Below, in pieces: positions 1 to 8,535 of a DNA stretch of 60,000 nucleotides. Position 1 is the stretch's first letter; the number at the start of each line of letters is the position of its first letter. Source of the stretch: a bacterium (GTDB lineage Bacteria; Verrucomicrobiota; Kiritimatiellia; RFP12; UBA1067). The DNA lies in contig JAUNMP010000002.1 of assembly GCA_030537465.1 (NCBI GenBank), positions 1-60,000 on the forward strand, written 5' to 3'. Below the pieces are notes generated by a model. That model made no database searches. It was not told the origin of the DNA and saw nothing but the letters and a program-made list of their open reading frames with translations. A program made the position numbers and the translations under genes.

Positions 1-52
1 TTATTTACAGGACTTCGCTACATTGAGCCCCTCAAAAAATGGGGTAATTCCA
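1..52 (-). mobile_element. Terminal 52 bp of a second, slightly diverged copy of the IS4-family element at 6491-8478 (the rest lies off-window)
   Basis: 49/52 identity to 8427-8478, including the terminal inverted repeat CCCCTCAAAAAATGGGGTAATTCCA, which ends at 52. Confidence 0.6.
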
Positions 53-318
53 AATTTTGTTGAGGCATATTCTATAAATTACCATCCCTCGCGTCAATCA
101 CAACCTTTTGGAGATTCACCCTCGGTACCAGGCAAGAGGGGGGGGAGGGAAACCGAACGGGCGTTTCGGCGCCTTCCGTGGTCAAGTCCAGATACTGCTA
201 CAAACCAGCGACAGACATCATGTCATAAAATCGTGATTTTCAGATTTTATGACATTTGCGTTACGCCCAAAGGTGATTTCTGATAGAATATGCCTGATTT
301 TGCAAAAGGATAAAAGGT

Positions 319-1764
319 ATGTTTATCGGACGCAAGGAGCAATTGGCAGATTTGATGACATTATGGCGTAAGCGTACATCATCGATCGTAGCCTGTCGGG
401 GGCGGCGGCGAATCGGCAAGTCGACCCTTTTCAGAGAGTTTGCCCGGAGGTCTGCCGATGCGTATATTGAAATTGAAGGGCTTGCTCCGCAGCAGGAAAA
501 CCCTCCGACGACGCAGGATCAGCTTGATCACTTCATCGAGGTTCTTTCGGGGCTGACGGGGTGCGACTCTTCGAAAATCGACAATTGGTTTGCGGCGTTC
601 AAGCGCCTGGAAGAACAGATTGACGACACGAAGAAGACGGTCGTTCTTCTGGATGAGATTTCCTGGATGGCCGGTAGCGATGCGAATTTCCCGGGAAAAC
701 TTCGAACGGCATGGGAGACCCTGTTTCATCGGCACGAGCATCTGATTCTGGTTATTTGTGGTTCGGTTTCCAGCTGGATCAAGAAGAACATTCTCGGGAA
801 TACCGGTTTTACGGGAAGGTTTTCGCGGGACTATGTACTGAAGGAACTCACGTTGGCGGAATGCGCGGAGTTCTGGGGGGCCGCCAGAGACCGCTTGGCT
901 CCTCGTGAGATTCTTGACGTGCTGTCGGTGACGGGCGGCGTACCGCGATACTTGGAGGAGGTCGATCCAGGGCTTTCGGCAGACGAGAACATCAGGCGAA
1001 TGTGTTTCCTCAAAAGCGGAGAACTGTATAAGGATTTCGACGCGATCTTCGATCCGATCTGGGGCGAAGGCACGGTGCTGAAGAGGAAGATTCTCGAGTC
1101 GTTGGCGGAAACGCCGATGACCGCAGGAAATCTATCCAAGGCCGTAGGGGTCGCCTATAACGGGAGGTTTATCTCCCTGATGCGGGAACTTGTCGAAGGC
1201 GGTTTTGTGGATGACGATCCGGGGAAGAATCCGGAAACTGGCAAACCGGTTGGAGTCGCCCGATATCGTCTACGCGACAACTATACGAGATTCTTCTTGA
1301 AGTACATCGCCCCGCACAAACAGGAGATTGAATACGGTTCTTACTTTTTCTCCTCGATGGAACAGTTGCCGGGTTGGGATGCGATCATGGGCTTGCAGTT
1401 TGAAAATCTGGTCGTCAACAATTCCATGCAGCTCATTCGGCATCTGGGCGTTGGAAACGCGATCATCGAGTCGGCGGCACCGTATCGCAATTCAAAGCGA
1501 CGGGGGAAGGACAGCGCACGTGGTTGCCAGGTCGATCTCCTGATTCAAACGGCGAGAACGGCCTATGTGGTCGAGATCAAGCGCAAAAGATTCATCGACG
1601 CGGAAATTGTCAGCGAAGTCGAAGAGAAGGTTCGCCGTCTGCCGCTCAGAAAAGGATTGAGCGCCCGCCCCGTGTTGGTGTACGACGGAGAACTGCAGCC
1701 TTCGGTTGAAGGCACGGGATATTTCGACGCGGTCGTCAATGCCAGACAGCTCCTGGCCCTCTGA
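319..1764 (+). CDS. AAA+ ATPase of the archaeal-ATPase (PF01637-like) type with a DUF234-like C-terminal region
   Basis: 481-aa ORF with an ATG preceded by AAAGGA. Walker A-like GRRRIGKST and Walker B-like VVLLDEISW. Overall family resemblance is recalled, not searched. This is the only plus-strand gene in the window. Confidence 0.7.
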   Translation: MFIGRKEQLADLMTLWRKRTSSIVACRGRRRIGKSTLFREFARRSADAYIEIEGLAPQQENPPTTQDQLDHFIEVLSGLTGCDSSKIDNWFAAFKRLEEQIDDTKKTVVLLDEISWMAGSDANFPGKLRTAWETLFHRHEHLILVICGSVSSWIKKNILGNTGFTGRFSRDYVLKELTLAECAEFWGAARDRLAPREILDVLSVTGGVPRYLEEVDPGLSADENIRRMCFLKSGELYKDFDAIFDPIWGEGTVLKRKILESLAETPMTAGNLSKAVGVAYNGRFISLMRELVEGGFVDDDPGKNPETGKPVGVARYRLRDNYTRFFLKYIAPHKQEIEYGSYFFSSMEQLPGWDAIMGLQFENLVVNNSMQLIRHLGVGNAIIESAAPYRNSKRRGKDSARGCQVDLLIQTARTAYVVEIKRKRFIDAEIVSEVEEKVRRLPLRKGLSARPVLVYDGELQPSVEGTGYFDAVVNARQLLAL

Positions 1765-1777
1765 ACGAGCAGGGGGG

Positions 1778-1798
1778 GGCGGGCAGCCCCTGCCCGCC
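1778..1798. terminator. GC-rich hairpin between convergent genes (possible bidirectional terminator)
   Basis: GGCGGGCAG-ccc-CTGCCCGCC, a perfect 9-bp stem between the stops at 1764 (+) and 1827 (-). No clear U-tract. Confidence 0.35.
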
Positions 1799-1826
1799 GT
1801 GGAGAGGACGACGAGGGGCGCGTGGA

Positions 1827-4800
1827 TCAGCGGAACAGAATCACCGTGCCGCGCGGGCGAATGAAGAGCGCACCACGACCATTGAGCGTCCCCAGCAGCT
1901 CGGGATTGTCCGCCAGCGAAACCACGCCAACGTATTTCTTCCCGGCGACGCTGAGCGAACGGACTTCGTTCGTTCCGTCGAAGTCGAGCGTCAGCTGCGC
2001 CCCGGCGGCCACGGCGATTTCGAGCTGCTCGGGGAGATCGATCGGCTTCTCCGTTTCGATGCGATAGAGCTGCGCGCCATCGAGAATCGTCGTGCGGTCG
2101 ACCTTGCTGGAATCCGAGCCGCCCCAGACACTCTGCCCTTGGAAGCCGACGTCGTACGTGCCGCCGGCTTCGGGCACGCGGACGATGAAGGCGTATTCGT
2201 GGAAGTTCGTCATCGTCACCTTGTCCGTGCAGCCGAGCCAGTTCGTCACGCCGTTCCGGGCCATGAAGAACGCCACGGGATTCTGTCCATTCCCGAAGCT
2301 GCCCGACCCCGGCGCGCTGCGCGACTCCATGCTCGCCGAGAAACGGTAGAGTCCACCGGTCGGGAACGTCACCGTCTGCGCGATCACGTCGTCGTTCACC
2401 AGCTTGACGCAGTAACTTCCCTCGAACTTCTCCATTCCGAAATGGGTCTGATAGAACGACCCGTAGTCCTGACGCTGCGAACCGCCAACCGCGGTGGGCT
2501 TCGGCGTGACGACAATCCGCCACGGAGTCGCAGCCTCGAAGCCGCCCTGCTTGAGGAGATTCTCCCCGGCTCCCACCACGCGGACCAGCGCGAGATTGTC
2601 GAAGATGGCATGACCGGCCCGCTGCGTCGCCGACGGGAGGGCTCCCGTCAGGGTCAGCGTCACCGGCGTCACGCCGTCCACGGTGAACGCATTCGGCCAA
2701 TCCCGCGGAAGCAGGGCGTGCGAGGTGTTTGTCAACGTCCCCAGGAAGATCTGCTCGCCGTTCAAGGCGATCTGCGCGGACACCCAATACGACTCATATC
2801 CCCAGGACTCCGCCCAGAAGCAGGAATCCGCGCGGAAACGCCAGGTTCCCGCCGGCGGCGTAAAGGTCGTCGACAGCTGCGACCCATTGCCGGACATGTA
2901 GAACTGCGTTTCGCTTCCCGTGCGGTTCCAGGGAAGATTGAAGTGCGCATTGGAATCCGTTCCCCGCGTCGTGAAGGTCGAGAGGCCCTGGTTGTTCTCG
3001 CTGGCGCTTCCCGGGGTGTCGCACGCCTTCACGGTGAATCCGGGCACGCAGGCGGCGTTGGCCGCCGTAAAGCTCTGGCTGAAGGCGGACGTGTGCAGTT
3101 CGAAACTGCCGTTCGGCAGCGTCCATTCATGCGCATCCGACTCGCGGACCAGGCGGATGTCGTCGAACTGCGTGCAGCGGTCGGTGTTCAGGACCTTCGA
3201 CTTGAACCAGAGCTGCTGGCGTCCCGCGGACAAGCGCATCTTGGAGAAGGTAAAGGTCTGCCAGGAAATGACCGTCGTCTTGAACGCGCCGAACGAGACG
3301 AGCGAATTCTCGTCGGGACCGATCATGACGTCGAGCTGATCGCCCGTGTAGCCCGCACGCGGCGCCGCGCGGAAGCTCAGCACATAGTCGCCATCGGACG
3401 GAATGTCGACCTCGCACCAGGCCGAGGCGTTGTTTTTGATGACGAACACGCCAGTCGGCGGCGTCTGGAGATTCATGTTCCAGCCTGCCGGGCTCCCCAG
3501 GCGCTGGTCGTAGAAGAAGACCGCACTGTTCGCCGTGCTCTCGCCGATCAACCCGGGGACGACGGCATGCCAGCCACGAACGGTCTGCCCATCCCCGATA
3601 TAGGAATAGGCGGTTGTGGGGGATGTCGCAGGATAGGCTTCGAAATCGGCGTCGGGAATCTCGACCGCCACCGTCTCCGTCGCCGGGGGCACAAGATTCT
3701 GCGACCGCTCGGGATCGGCTAGTCGAAGCTCGCCGGCGTTGACGACCAGATTCGTCACTCCTTCGGGGATGCCGTCCAGCGTGATGGGCCCCGACCCGTT
3801 CTTGACGAGACGCGACGGATCCCCGCCCGCCGTCGGCGGCTGGATTTCCGGACCATAGTACCGTCGATAGGAAGTGATCGTGTCACCCGCCGCGCAGACG
3901 AGCGGCAACGGATAGCCCAGCAGCAGACTACCCTGCTCGACCTTGACCCGACGGGACGAATTGTGGGGACCGTAGAAGGAGCGCAAGGCAAAAGTCCCTT
4001 CACCCGTCTTGAGAAGCGTCCCGTCGCCAGCCAGGGTCACCGTGGGGGACAACGCGCCTCCCGACACCTCGAACTCGGCATTCGTCGCCAGCGCCACCGT
4101 CGTCGTGGGCAGCATGGCCGGCGGCAGCACACCCCGCCACTTCTGGTTGAGCCAGTCGGAGACCGCCATCCGCTCAACGAGGGTCAGCGAATTGGTGAAC
4201 AGCAGGACCTCGAACAGATACTCTCCGCCGGCACGGTTGTTGCCGCCCGTCTGGGATGCCGCACCGAGGATCGCGTTCATCGCCTTGCCCTCGGCGTTGT
4301 TCGCCATGTTCGTTCCGGCGGTCGTCTTCAACTGCATGTCGCGGTCATTGAAGAAGCACATCGCGCCCAGCGGCAGGTCCAGCGTCTCGACCTCCACGAC
4401 ATGGATGCTCGACGCGGGATAGGTGGTCGTGAACGGATCCACTTCATGTCCGTTCAGATAGGTCCGCGACGCGTGTATGGGCTTGTTTTCGGAATTGTGG
4501 TTGATCCAGAGCGGATTGTTGCCCGAACGCTGGAGATACGGCTGCCCGTCCTTCCGCTGCCCCAGAATATCGCCCTTGGAATTCACGCCGCCATGCGCGA
4601 TGAACAGATGACGGATTCCCGTCAGATTCTGCTGGGCGCCATCCGGCTTCAGCCAGTTCATGAAGCAGCCGCTGCCGTAGCCATGGCAGTAGACGCCCGT
4701 CTTTTCCTGATAGGCCTTCTGCACCGGGAAGGCCGTGAGCCAGTCGTTCGTGAACGCCACGGCGCGCGTATAGACAAACGGATTCGCCTCGGAGCCATCG

Positions 4801-5207
4801 CCCGTCTCGCGGACGTCGAGCCAGGCTTCGACTTCGTCGGCGCTGCCATCCTTCATCTGGACATTCTGCGAGGACTCCATCCAGAACGCCGCGCGGTTTA
4901 TGATCTCGGTCGGCTCCGCAAAGGTTGTCGTCTGCGGTTCGGACGTCTCAATCGCCACCGCGCCTTCACGCACGTTCACCGTCACGGACTGGTTCTCGAC
5001 GAACGCCCCGCTCTTCAGAGTCAATTTGCCGGTTCCCGTCTTCTCAAGCGCGGAACGATCCGCCAGCCGAACGGCCGCATCCTGCGTGACCGCCGTGTCG
5101 TTCGCGAACGTATGGGACTCACCCGGGCCGAGAACAATCGTCTCCGCCAGAGCGGCGGAACAGCATCCGCCCAGAATCGCCGCAATCAAAAGGCTTCGTG
5201 AATTCAT
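1827..5207 (-). CDS. Large secreted surface protein (about 1126 aa) with autotransporter-associated beta-strand (PATR-like) repeats and probable carbohydrate-binding/beta-sandwich regions
   Basis: Internal ATG at 5207 preceded by AAAGGAGGA. Signal peptide MNSRSLLIAAILGGCCSAALA. Repeats such as GTGKLTLKSG, GDGTLLKTGEGTFAL and KNGSGPITLDG. Confidence 0.7.
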   Translation of the reverse strand: MNSRSLLIAAILGGCCSAALAETIVLGPGESHTFANDTAVTQDAAVRLADRSALEKTGTGKLTLKSGAFVENQSVTVNVREGAVAIETSEPQTTTFAEPTEIINRAAFWMESSQNVQMKDGSADEVEAWLDVRETGDGSEANPFVYTRAVAFTNDWLTAFPVQKAYQEKTGVYCHGYGSGCFMNWLKPDGAQQNLTGIRHLFIAHGGVNSKGDILGQRKDGQPYLQRSGNNPLWINHNSENKPIHASRTYLNGHEVDPFTTTYPASSIHVVEVETLDLPLGAMCFFNDRDMQLKTTAGTNMANNAEGKAMNAILGAASQTGGNNRAGGEYLFEVLLFTNSLTLVERMAVSDWLNQKWRGVLPPAMLPTTTVALATNAEFEVSGGALSPTVTLAGDGTLLKTGEGTFALRSFYGPHNSSRRVKVEQGSLLLGYPLPLVCAAGDTITSYRRYYGPEIQPPTAGGDPSRLVKNGSGPITLDGIPEGVTNLVVNAGELRLADPERSQNLVPPATETVAVEIPDADFEAYPATSPTTAYSYIGDGQTVRGWHAVVPGLIGESTANSAVFFYDQRLGSPAGWNMNLQTPPTGVFVIKNNASAWCEVDIPSDGDYVLSFRAAPRAGYTGDQLDVMIGPDENSLVSFGAFKTTVISWQTFTFSKMRLSAGRQQLWFKSKVLNTDRCTQFDDIRLVRESDAHEWTLPNGSFELHTSAFSQSFTAANAACVPGFTVKACDTPGSASENNQGLSTFTTRGTDSNAHFNLPWNRTGSETQFYMSGNGSQLSTTFTPPAGTWRFRADSCFWAESWGYESYWVSAQIALNGEQIFLGTLTNTSHALLPRDWPNAFTVDGVTPVTLTLTGALPSATQRAGHAIFDNLALVRVVGAGENLLKQGGFEAATPWRIVVTPKPTAVGGSQRQDYGSFYQTHFGMEKFEGSYCVKLVNDDVIAQTVTFPTGGLYRFSASMESRSAPGSGSFGNGQNPVAFFMARNGVTNWLGCTDKVTMTNFHEYAFIVRVPEAGGTYDVGFQGQSVWGGSDSSKVDRTTILDGAQLYRIETEKPIDLPEQLEIAVAAGAQLTLDFDGTNEVRSLSVAGKKYVGVVSLADNPELLGTLNGRGALFIRPRGTVILFR

Positions 5208-5260
5208 CGTTCGTCCTCCTTTGAAAAGATTTCCATACGGTCGGCAACCGCGCACACAAC

Positions 5261-6490
5261 TCAGTTGAAGTCGGTGGCGGGCACGATCTTCACCTTCATG
5301 CCCTCGCCCAGCTTGTGGACGCCCTGCACGACGATGCGCTCGCCGGCCTTCACGCCCTCCATGACGCGGACCTTGCCGTTCGCACGGGAGCCCGGGACGA
5401 TCTCGCGGAAGTGGACGACGTCATCCTCGCCCACCATCCAGACTCCGGTTGCCTGCCCGCTCTTGGCGACGGCGAGATTCGGCACCACGGGGACGGGTTC
5501 GGGGCTGGCCTCGTCCGCCAGCACCGTCACATACGCGTTCGGCACCAGCACGCGGCCCTTGTTCGGGAAGAGCGCGCGGATGATCAGCGTCGCCGTGGAG
5601 GCGCTCATCTCGTTGTCGGAGAACTCCCAGTCGCCGTTCGCCTGGTAGATGGAATCGTCCGCCAGGCGCAGACGGAGCCGACGCGTGTCGCCCACCTTCG
5701 CGCCATGGGCGTCGGCGGAGCGTCCCCAGGCGAGATAGGCGCGGTCCGTGATCGGGAAGCAGACGCGGACGGGGTCCGTCTGAACGATGCGCGCAAGCGC
5801 CTCCTTGGACGGCGACACATAGTCGCCAGCATGGCGCAGACTCTTACCGATGCGGCCGGAGATCGGTGCGTAGATCCTCGTGTGCTTCATGTTGAAGGCC
5901 GTTGAGGCGAGCTTCGCCTCCGCCTGCAAGACCGCGGCCTTTGCTGCAACCAGTGCGGCCTTGTCGGAAGCGAGTCCCGTCTCCGCAGCATCCATCTCGG
6001 TCTGCGTGATGCCACGGGAATCCGCGGCCTGCAGACGCCGCAGCAGACGTTCGGCGCGCTCGACCGCGGCCTCCGCCTGAATGACTTTGCTCTTTGTGGC
6101 GGAGACTTCTGCCTTTGCCACGCCCTCATCCGCAGCATAGCGTTCGTCATCGATCTCGAAGAGAAGATCACCCTCCTTGACCAGATCGCCCTCGGCGAAC
6201 CTGACCGCCTTCAGGTAGCCTTCGATCTGCGGCAGAATGTCAACCTCCTGCACGGGCTCGACGTGGCCGATGAACTCCTCGGGCGGATTGAAGATCTCGG
6301 CATGGACCTCGTCCACGGCAACCGACGGAATGCGTGCGTCAACACGTCCGGCCTTCTTCTGCTCGCCGCCCCAGAACGCATGCGCGAACCAGCCGACGCC
6401 AAACACCGCCACCAGGGCGCAGGCATGCACAAACACCCCCGCGGCGAAACGCGCGGCGGATCCCTTCCTATCAGCAGTCTCTCCGCTCAT
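5261..6490 (-). CDS. Efflux RND-type periplasmic adaptor (membrane fusion protein, HlyD/AcrA family)
   Basis: 409 aa with an N-terminal TM segment, lipoyl/barrel-sandwich motifs and a coiled-coil hairpin (AEVSATKSKVIQAEAAVERAERLLRRLQ...AKAAVLQAEAKL), ending in a beta-barrel region. Confidence 0.85.
   Translation of the reverse strand: MSGETADRKGSAARFAAGVFVHACALVAVFGVGWFAHAFWGGEQKKAGRVDARIPSVAVDEVHAEIFNPPEEFIGHVEPVQEVDILPQIEGYLKAVRFAEGDLVKEGDLLFEIDDERYAADEGVAKAEVSATKSKVIQAEAAVERAERLLRRLQAADSRGITQTEMDAAETGLASDKAALVAAKAAVLQAEAKLASTAFNMKHTRIYAPISGRIGKSLRHAGDYVSPSKEALARIVQTDPVRVCFPITDRAYLAWGRSADAHGAKVGDTRRLRLRLADDSIYQANGDWEFSDNEMSASTATLIIRALFPNKGRVLVPNAYVTVLADEASPEPVPVVPNLAVAKSGQATGVWMVGEDDVVHFREIVPGSRANGKVRVMEGVKAGERIVVQGVHKLGEGMKVKIVPATDFN
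6481..6490. repeat. Target-site duplication, left copy (CTCCGCTCAT)
   Basis: Identical 10-mer at 8480-8489. It contains the reverse-complement ATG of the adaptor gene. Confidence 0.75.
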
Positions 6491-6516
6491 TGGAATTACC
6501 CCATTTTTTTGAGGGG
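6491..6516. repeat. IS left terminal inverted repeat TGGAATTACCCCATTTTTTTGAGGGG
   Basis: Reverse complement of 8454-8478 apart from one extra T in the homopolymer. Confidence 0.85.
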
Positions 6517-6757
6517 TGCCTCCAGCGCGTATTTTAACGAATTTGCGCGCGGAAATCCATCGGAAATTTCAACAAATTTATATTGATTTTACCCCCCCCC
6601 TCGCGTTTTTCGCAATTATACGCCAACTGATGCATTGTCGCCCCCTGTTGGCGGACACAAAAGCCGCCTTGACATCCGGACAATCGGATGCGTGCAGACC
6701 CGCCGAGAGCGGGAAATTCCACCCGCCGAAGGCGTTCTGGCGGGCGTTTTCCGCCTG

Positions 6758-8056
6758 TCATGCGCTTGAATAGTCGAAGTCGAACTCCATCTGCGGGTTC
6801 GGACGCTCCTTCTTCCTCGAGATGGCGGGGTTCCAGCGGGCATGCCGCATGAAGAGGTCGCGCACGCCGTCCGCGATGGCGTAGTAGTGGAACTCGGGCG
6901 TCCCGAAGATGCGCCGCGCGACGTTCGTGATGTGCTGGCGCAGGACCGCGCGCTTCTGGTAGAGACCCAGACGCACCGTGACGAAGTACGTCACCGCCAG
7001 CACGAGCGCCGCGACGTTGCGCACGCGCGCGAACATCAGGTTGCGCACCTCCTCGACGTGGTAGGACTGCTTCACGAACCGTATCGTCTCCTCGACGCGC
7101 CAGCGCGTCAGATAACCCTGCACGACCTCCCACACGGCGTCGCGCGTGTCCTCGAGCGCAAGTGTGGTCAGAAGCATCATCGGCGTCTTCCCGAACCCTC
7201 TCACGACCACGAGGCGCAGCTTCGCCCCGCCGACCTCGGGACGCTCCGCGTCCTCGGGCAGGCACACGTCGATCACGCCGAAGGATATCCTCGTAGGCTC
7301 GTCCTCGCCGTGGGCGTTGAACTCGATCCAGGCCTCGTATGGCGTATGGCATATCCTCGCCACCTGCTCGACCTCCATGATGTGTTTCTTCCACACCAGC
7401 CTGCGCGTCTTGATCAGCCGGACGATGAAGTCCAGGCCTTTCCTGAGGAAATAGAGGAAGAACTCGATGCGGTCGCCGCCACGGTCGTAGACGTAGATGC
7501 CGCGCCTCTTCGTCTCAGCGCATATGGAGTCGACGACCTTCTCGATCTCCTCGTTCTCGCTCCTGTAGAGGGGATCCTTCGCCGACCACACGCGGAACTG
7601 GAGCGGAACCACGCGCCGTCCGCCGTTCTCGCAGGCGATGGCCATACACCCCCAGTATCCGAGGCCCTCTCCCTTTTCGCCTCGGCTGCCGTCCCAGGTC
7701 CTGGCGAGGTAGTCCATCTTCTTCGCGTAGGGCTTCTGGATGTCGGACGGATCGACGATGATCAGCGTCCGCCGATGGACGAGCCGGGCGGCCTCCCTCA
7801 TCACCGCCTTGTGGATCTGGTCGCCCAGGGACGCCGTGCCGAGGTTGCGGCAAAGCCGCTCCTCCGTCTTTTTGGGGGTTGTCCCCTCGCGTAGTTCGTG
7901 GCCGATGCGCGTGAGCAACACGGACTTGGCGGCCTGGATGCCAAAGAGCATCTGGCCGATGAACTTCAGGAGCGGCACGGAAAAGTGGGGAGAAAATATC
8001 CCCAGAAAATCTTCAAGCTGCACTCGCGTCTGAAGGGCGGTTTTGCTATCATACAT
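6758..8056 (-). CDS. IS4-family DDE transposase (432 aa)
   Basis: ATG at 8056 preceded by AAAGGAGGGG. YLTRWRVEETIRFVKQ matches the IS4 Y(2)R(3)E(6)K motif. DDE-like IIVDPSD and YVYDRGGD blocks. Confidence 0.85.
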   Translation of the reverse strand: MYDSKTALQTRVQLEDFLGIFSPHFSVPLLKFIGQMLFGIQAAKSVLLTRIGHELREGTTPKKTEERLCRNLGTASLGDQIHKAVMREAARLVHRRTLIIVDPSDIQKPYAKKMDYLARTWDGSRGEKGEGLGYWGCMAIACENGGRRVVPLQFRVWSAKDPLYRSENEEIEKVVDSICAETKRRGIYVYDRGGDRIEFFLYFLRKGLDFIVRLIKTRRLVWKKHIMEVEQVARICHTPYEAWIEFNAHGEDEPTRISFGVIDVCLPEDAERPEVGGAKLRLVVVRGFGKTPMMLLTTLALEDTRDAVWEVVQGYLTRWRVEETIRFVKQSYHVEEVRNLMFARVRNVAALVLAVTYFVTVRLGLYQKRAVLRQHITNVARRIFGTPEFHYYAIADGVRDLFMRHARWNPAISRKKERPNPQMEFDFDYSSA

Positions 8057-8453
8057 GTGCGGTTCCCCTCCTTTGCTTTTCTTTTTTGCAATCGTATTGT
8101 ATACGATTTTAAGCGCGGAGGGAACCGCCCTTTTCGTGGGCGCGCGTCCTTCTTCAACCTGTGGAACTGTTTGCGTCTGTTCGCGCCGGTTCGTTCTGTT
8201 CGCGGTTCCCTGGCCGCTGTTCGGCTGGTGACGCGTTGGACAAGACCAGGCCGACGAAATGGAAATTCTCTTGGAACGTGCGTGGAACGGCAAATGGACG
8301 GGAAACGGTGCGAGGGCGGTTCCGCCGAGACGCCCGCCACTGCGGACGTCCCCGACACGCAGGGAAACTGGGAGGCCGGGAAGCGGTTTTCCACTTGCGG
8401 CGAAACCTAAAAGCGCATCCCAGCCTTTATTTACAAGGCTTCGCTACATTCAG

Positions 8454-8478
8454 CCCCTCAAAAAATGGGGTAATTCCA
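8454..8478. repeat. IS right terminal inverted repeat CCCCTCAAAAAATGGGGTAATTCCA
   Basis: Inverted match to 6491-6516. Also present at 28-52. Confidence 0.85.
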
Positions 8479-8479
8479 G

Positions 8480-8489
8480 CTCCGCTCAT
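8480..8489. repeat. Target-site duplication, right copy (CTCCGCTCAT)
   Basis: Identical to 6481-6490. One nucleotide (g8479) separates it from the IR. Confidence 0.75.
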
Positions 8490-8535
8490 GGTGACAGTAT
8501 ACCACATCTACCCAGGAAACGACGGCCTGCAAATC

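Larger units (their letters stand above)
6491..8478 (-). mobile_element. Complete IS4-family insertion sequence (about 1988 bp)
   Basis: About 25-bp terminal inverted repeats, a flanking 10-bp direct repeat, and a single DDE transposase ORF with the Y-x2-R-x3-E-x6-K signature. Confidence 0.85.

Noticed and set aside
23-283. 86-aa plus-strand ORF at the window start
   Set aside because: It begins inside the IS terminal repeat (the shared SPSKNGVIP peptide is just the translated IR). It has no Shine-Dalgarno and no recognisable motifs.
2139-3722. 527-aa plus-strand ORF (similar long ORFs at 1492-2787 and 3963-5201)
   Set aside because: It lies entirely antisense to, or overlapping, the 1126-aa secreted protein gene. 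The Arg/Gly/Ala/His-rich composition is typical of shadow frames in GC-rich DNA. No motifs and no Shine-Dalgarno.
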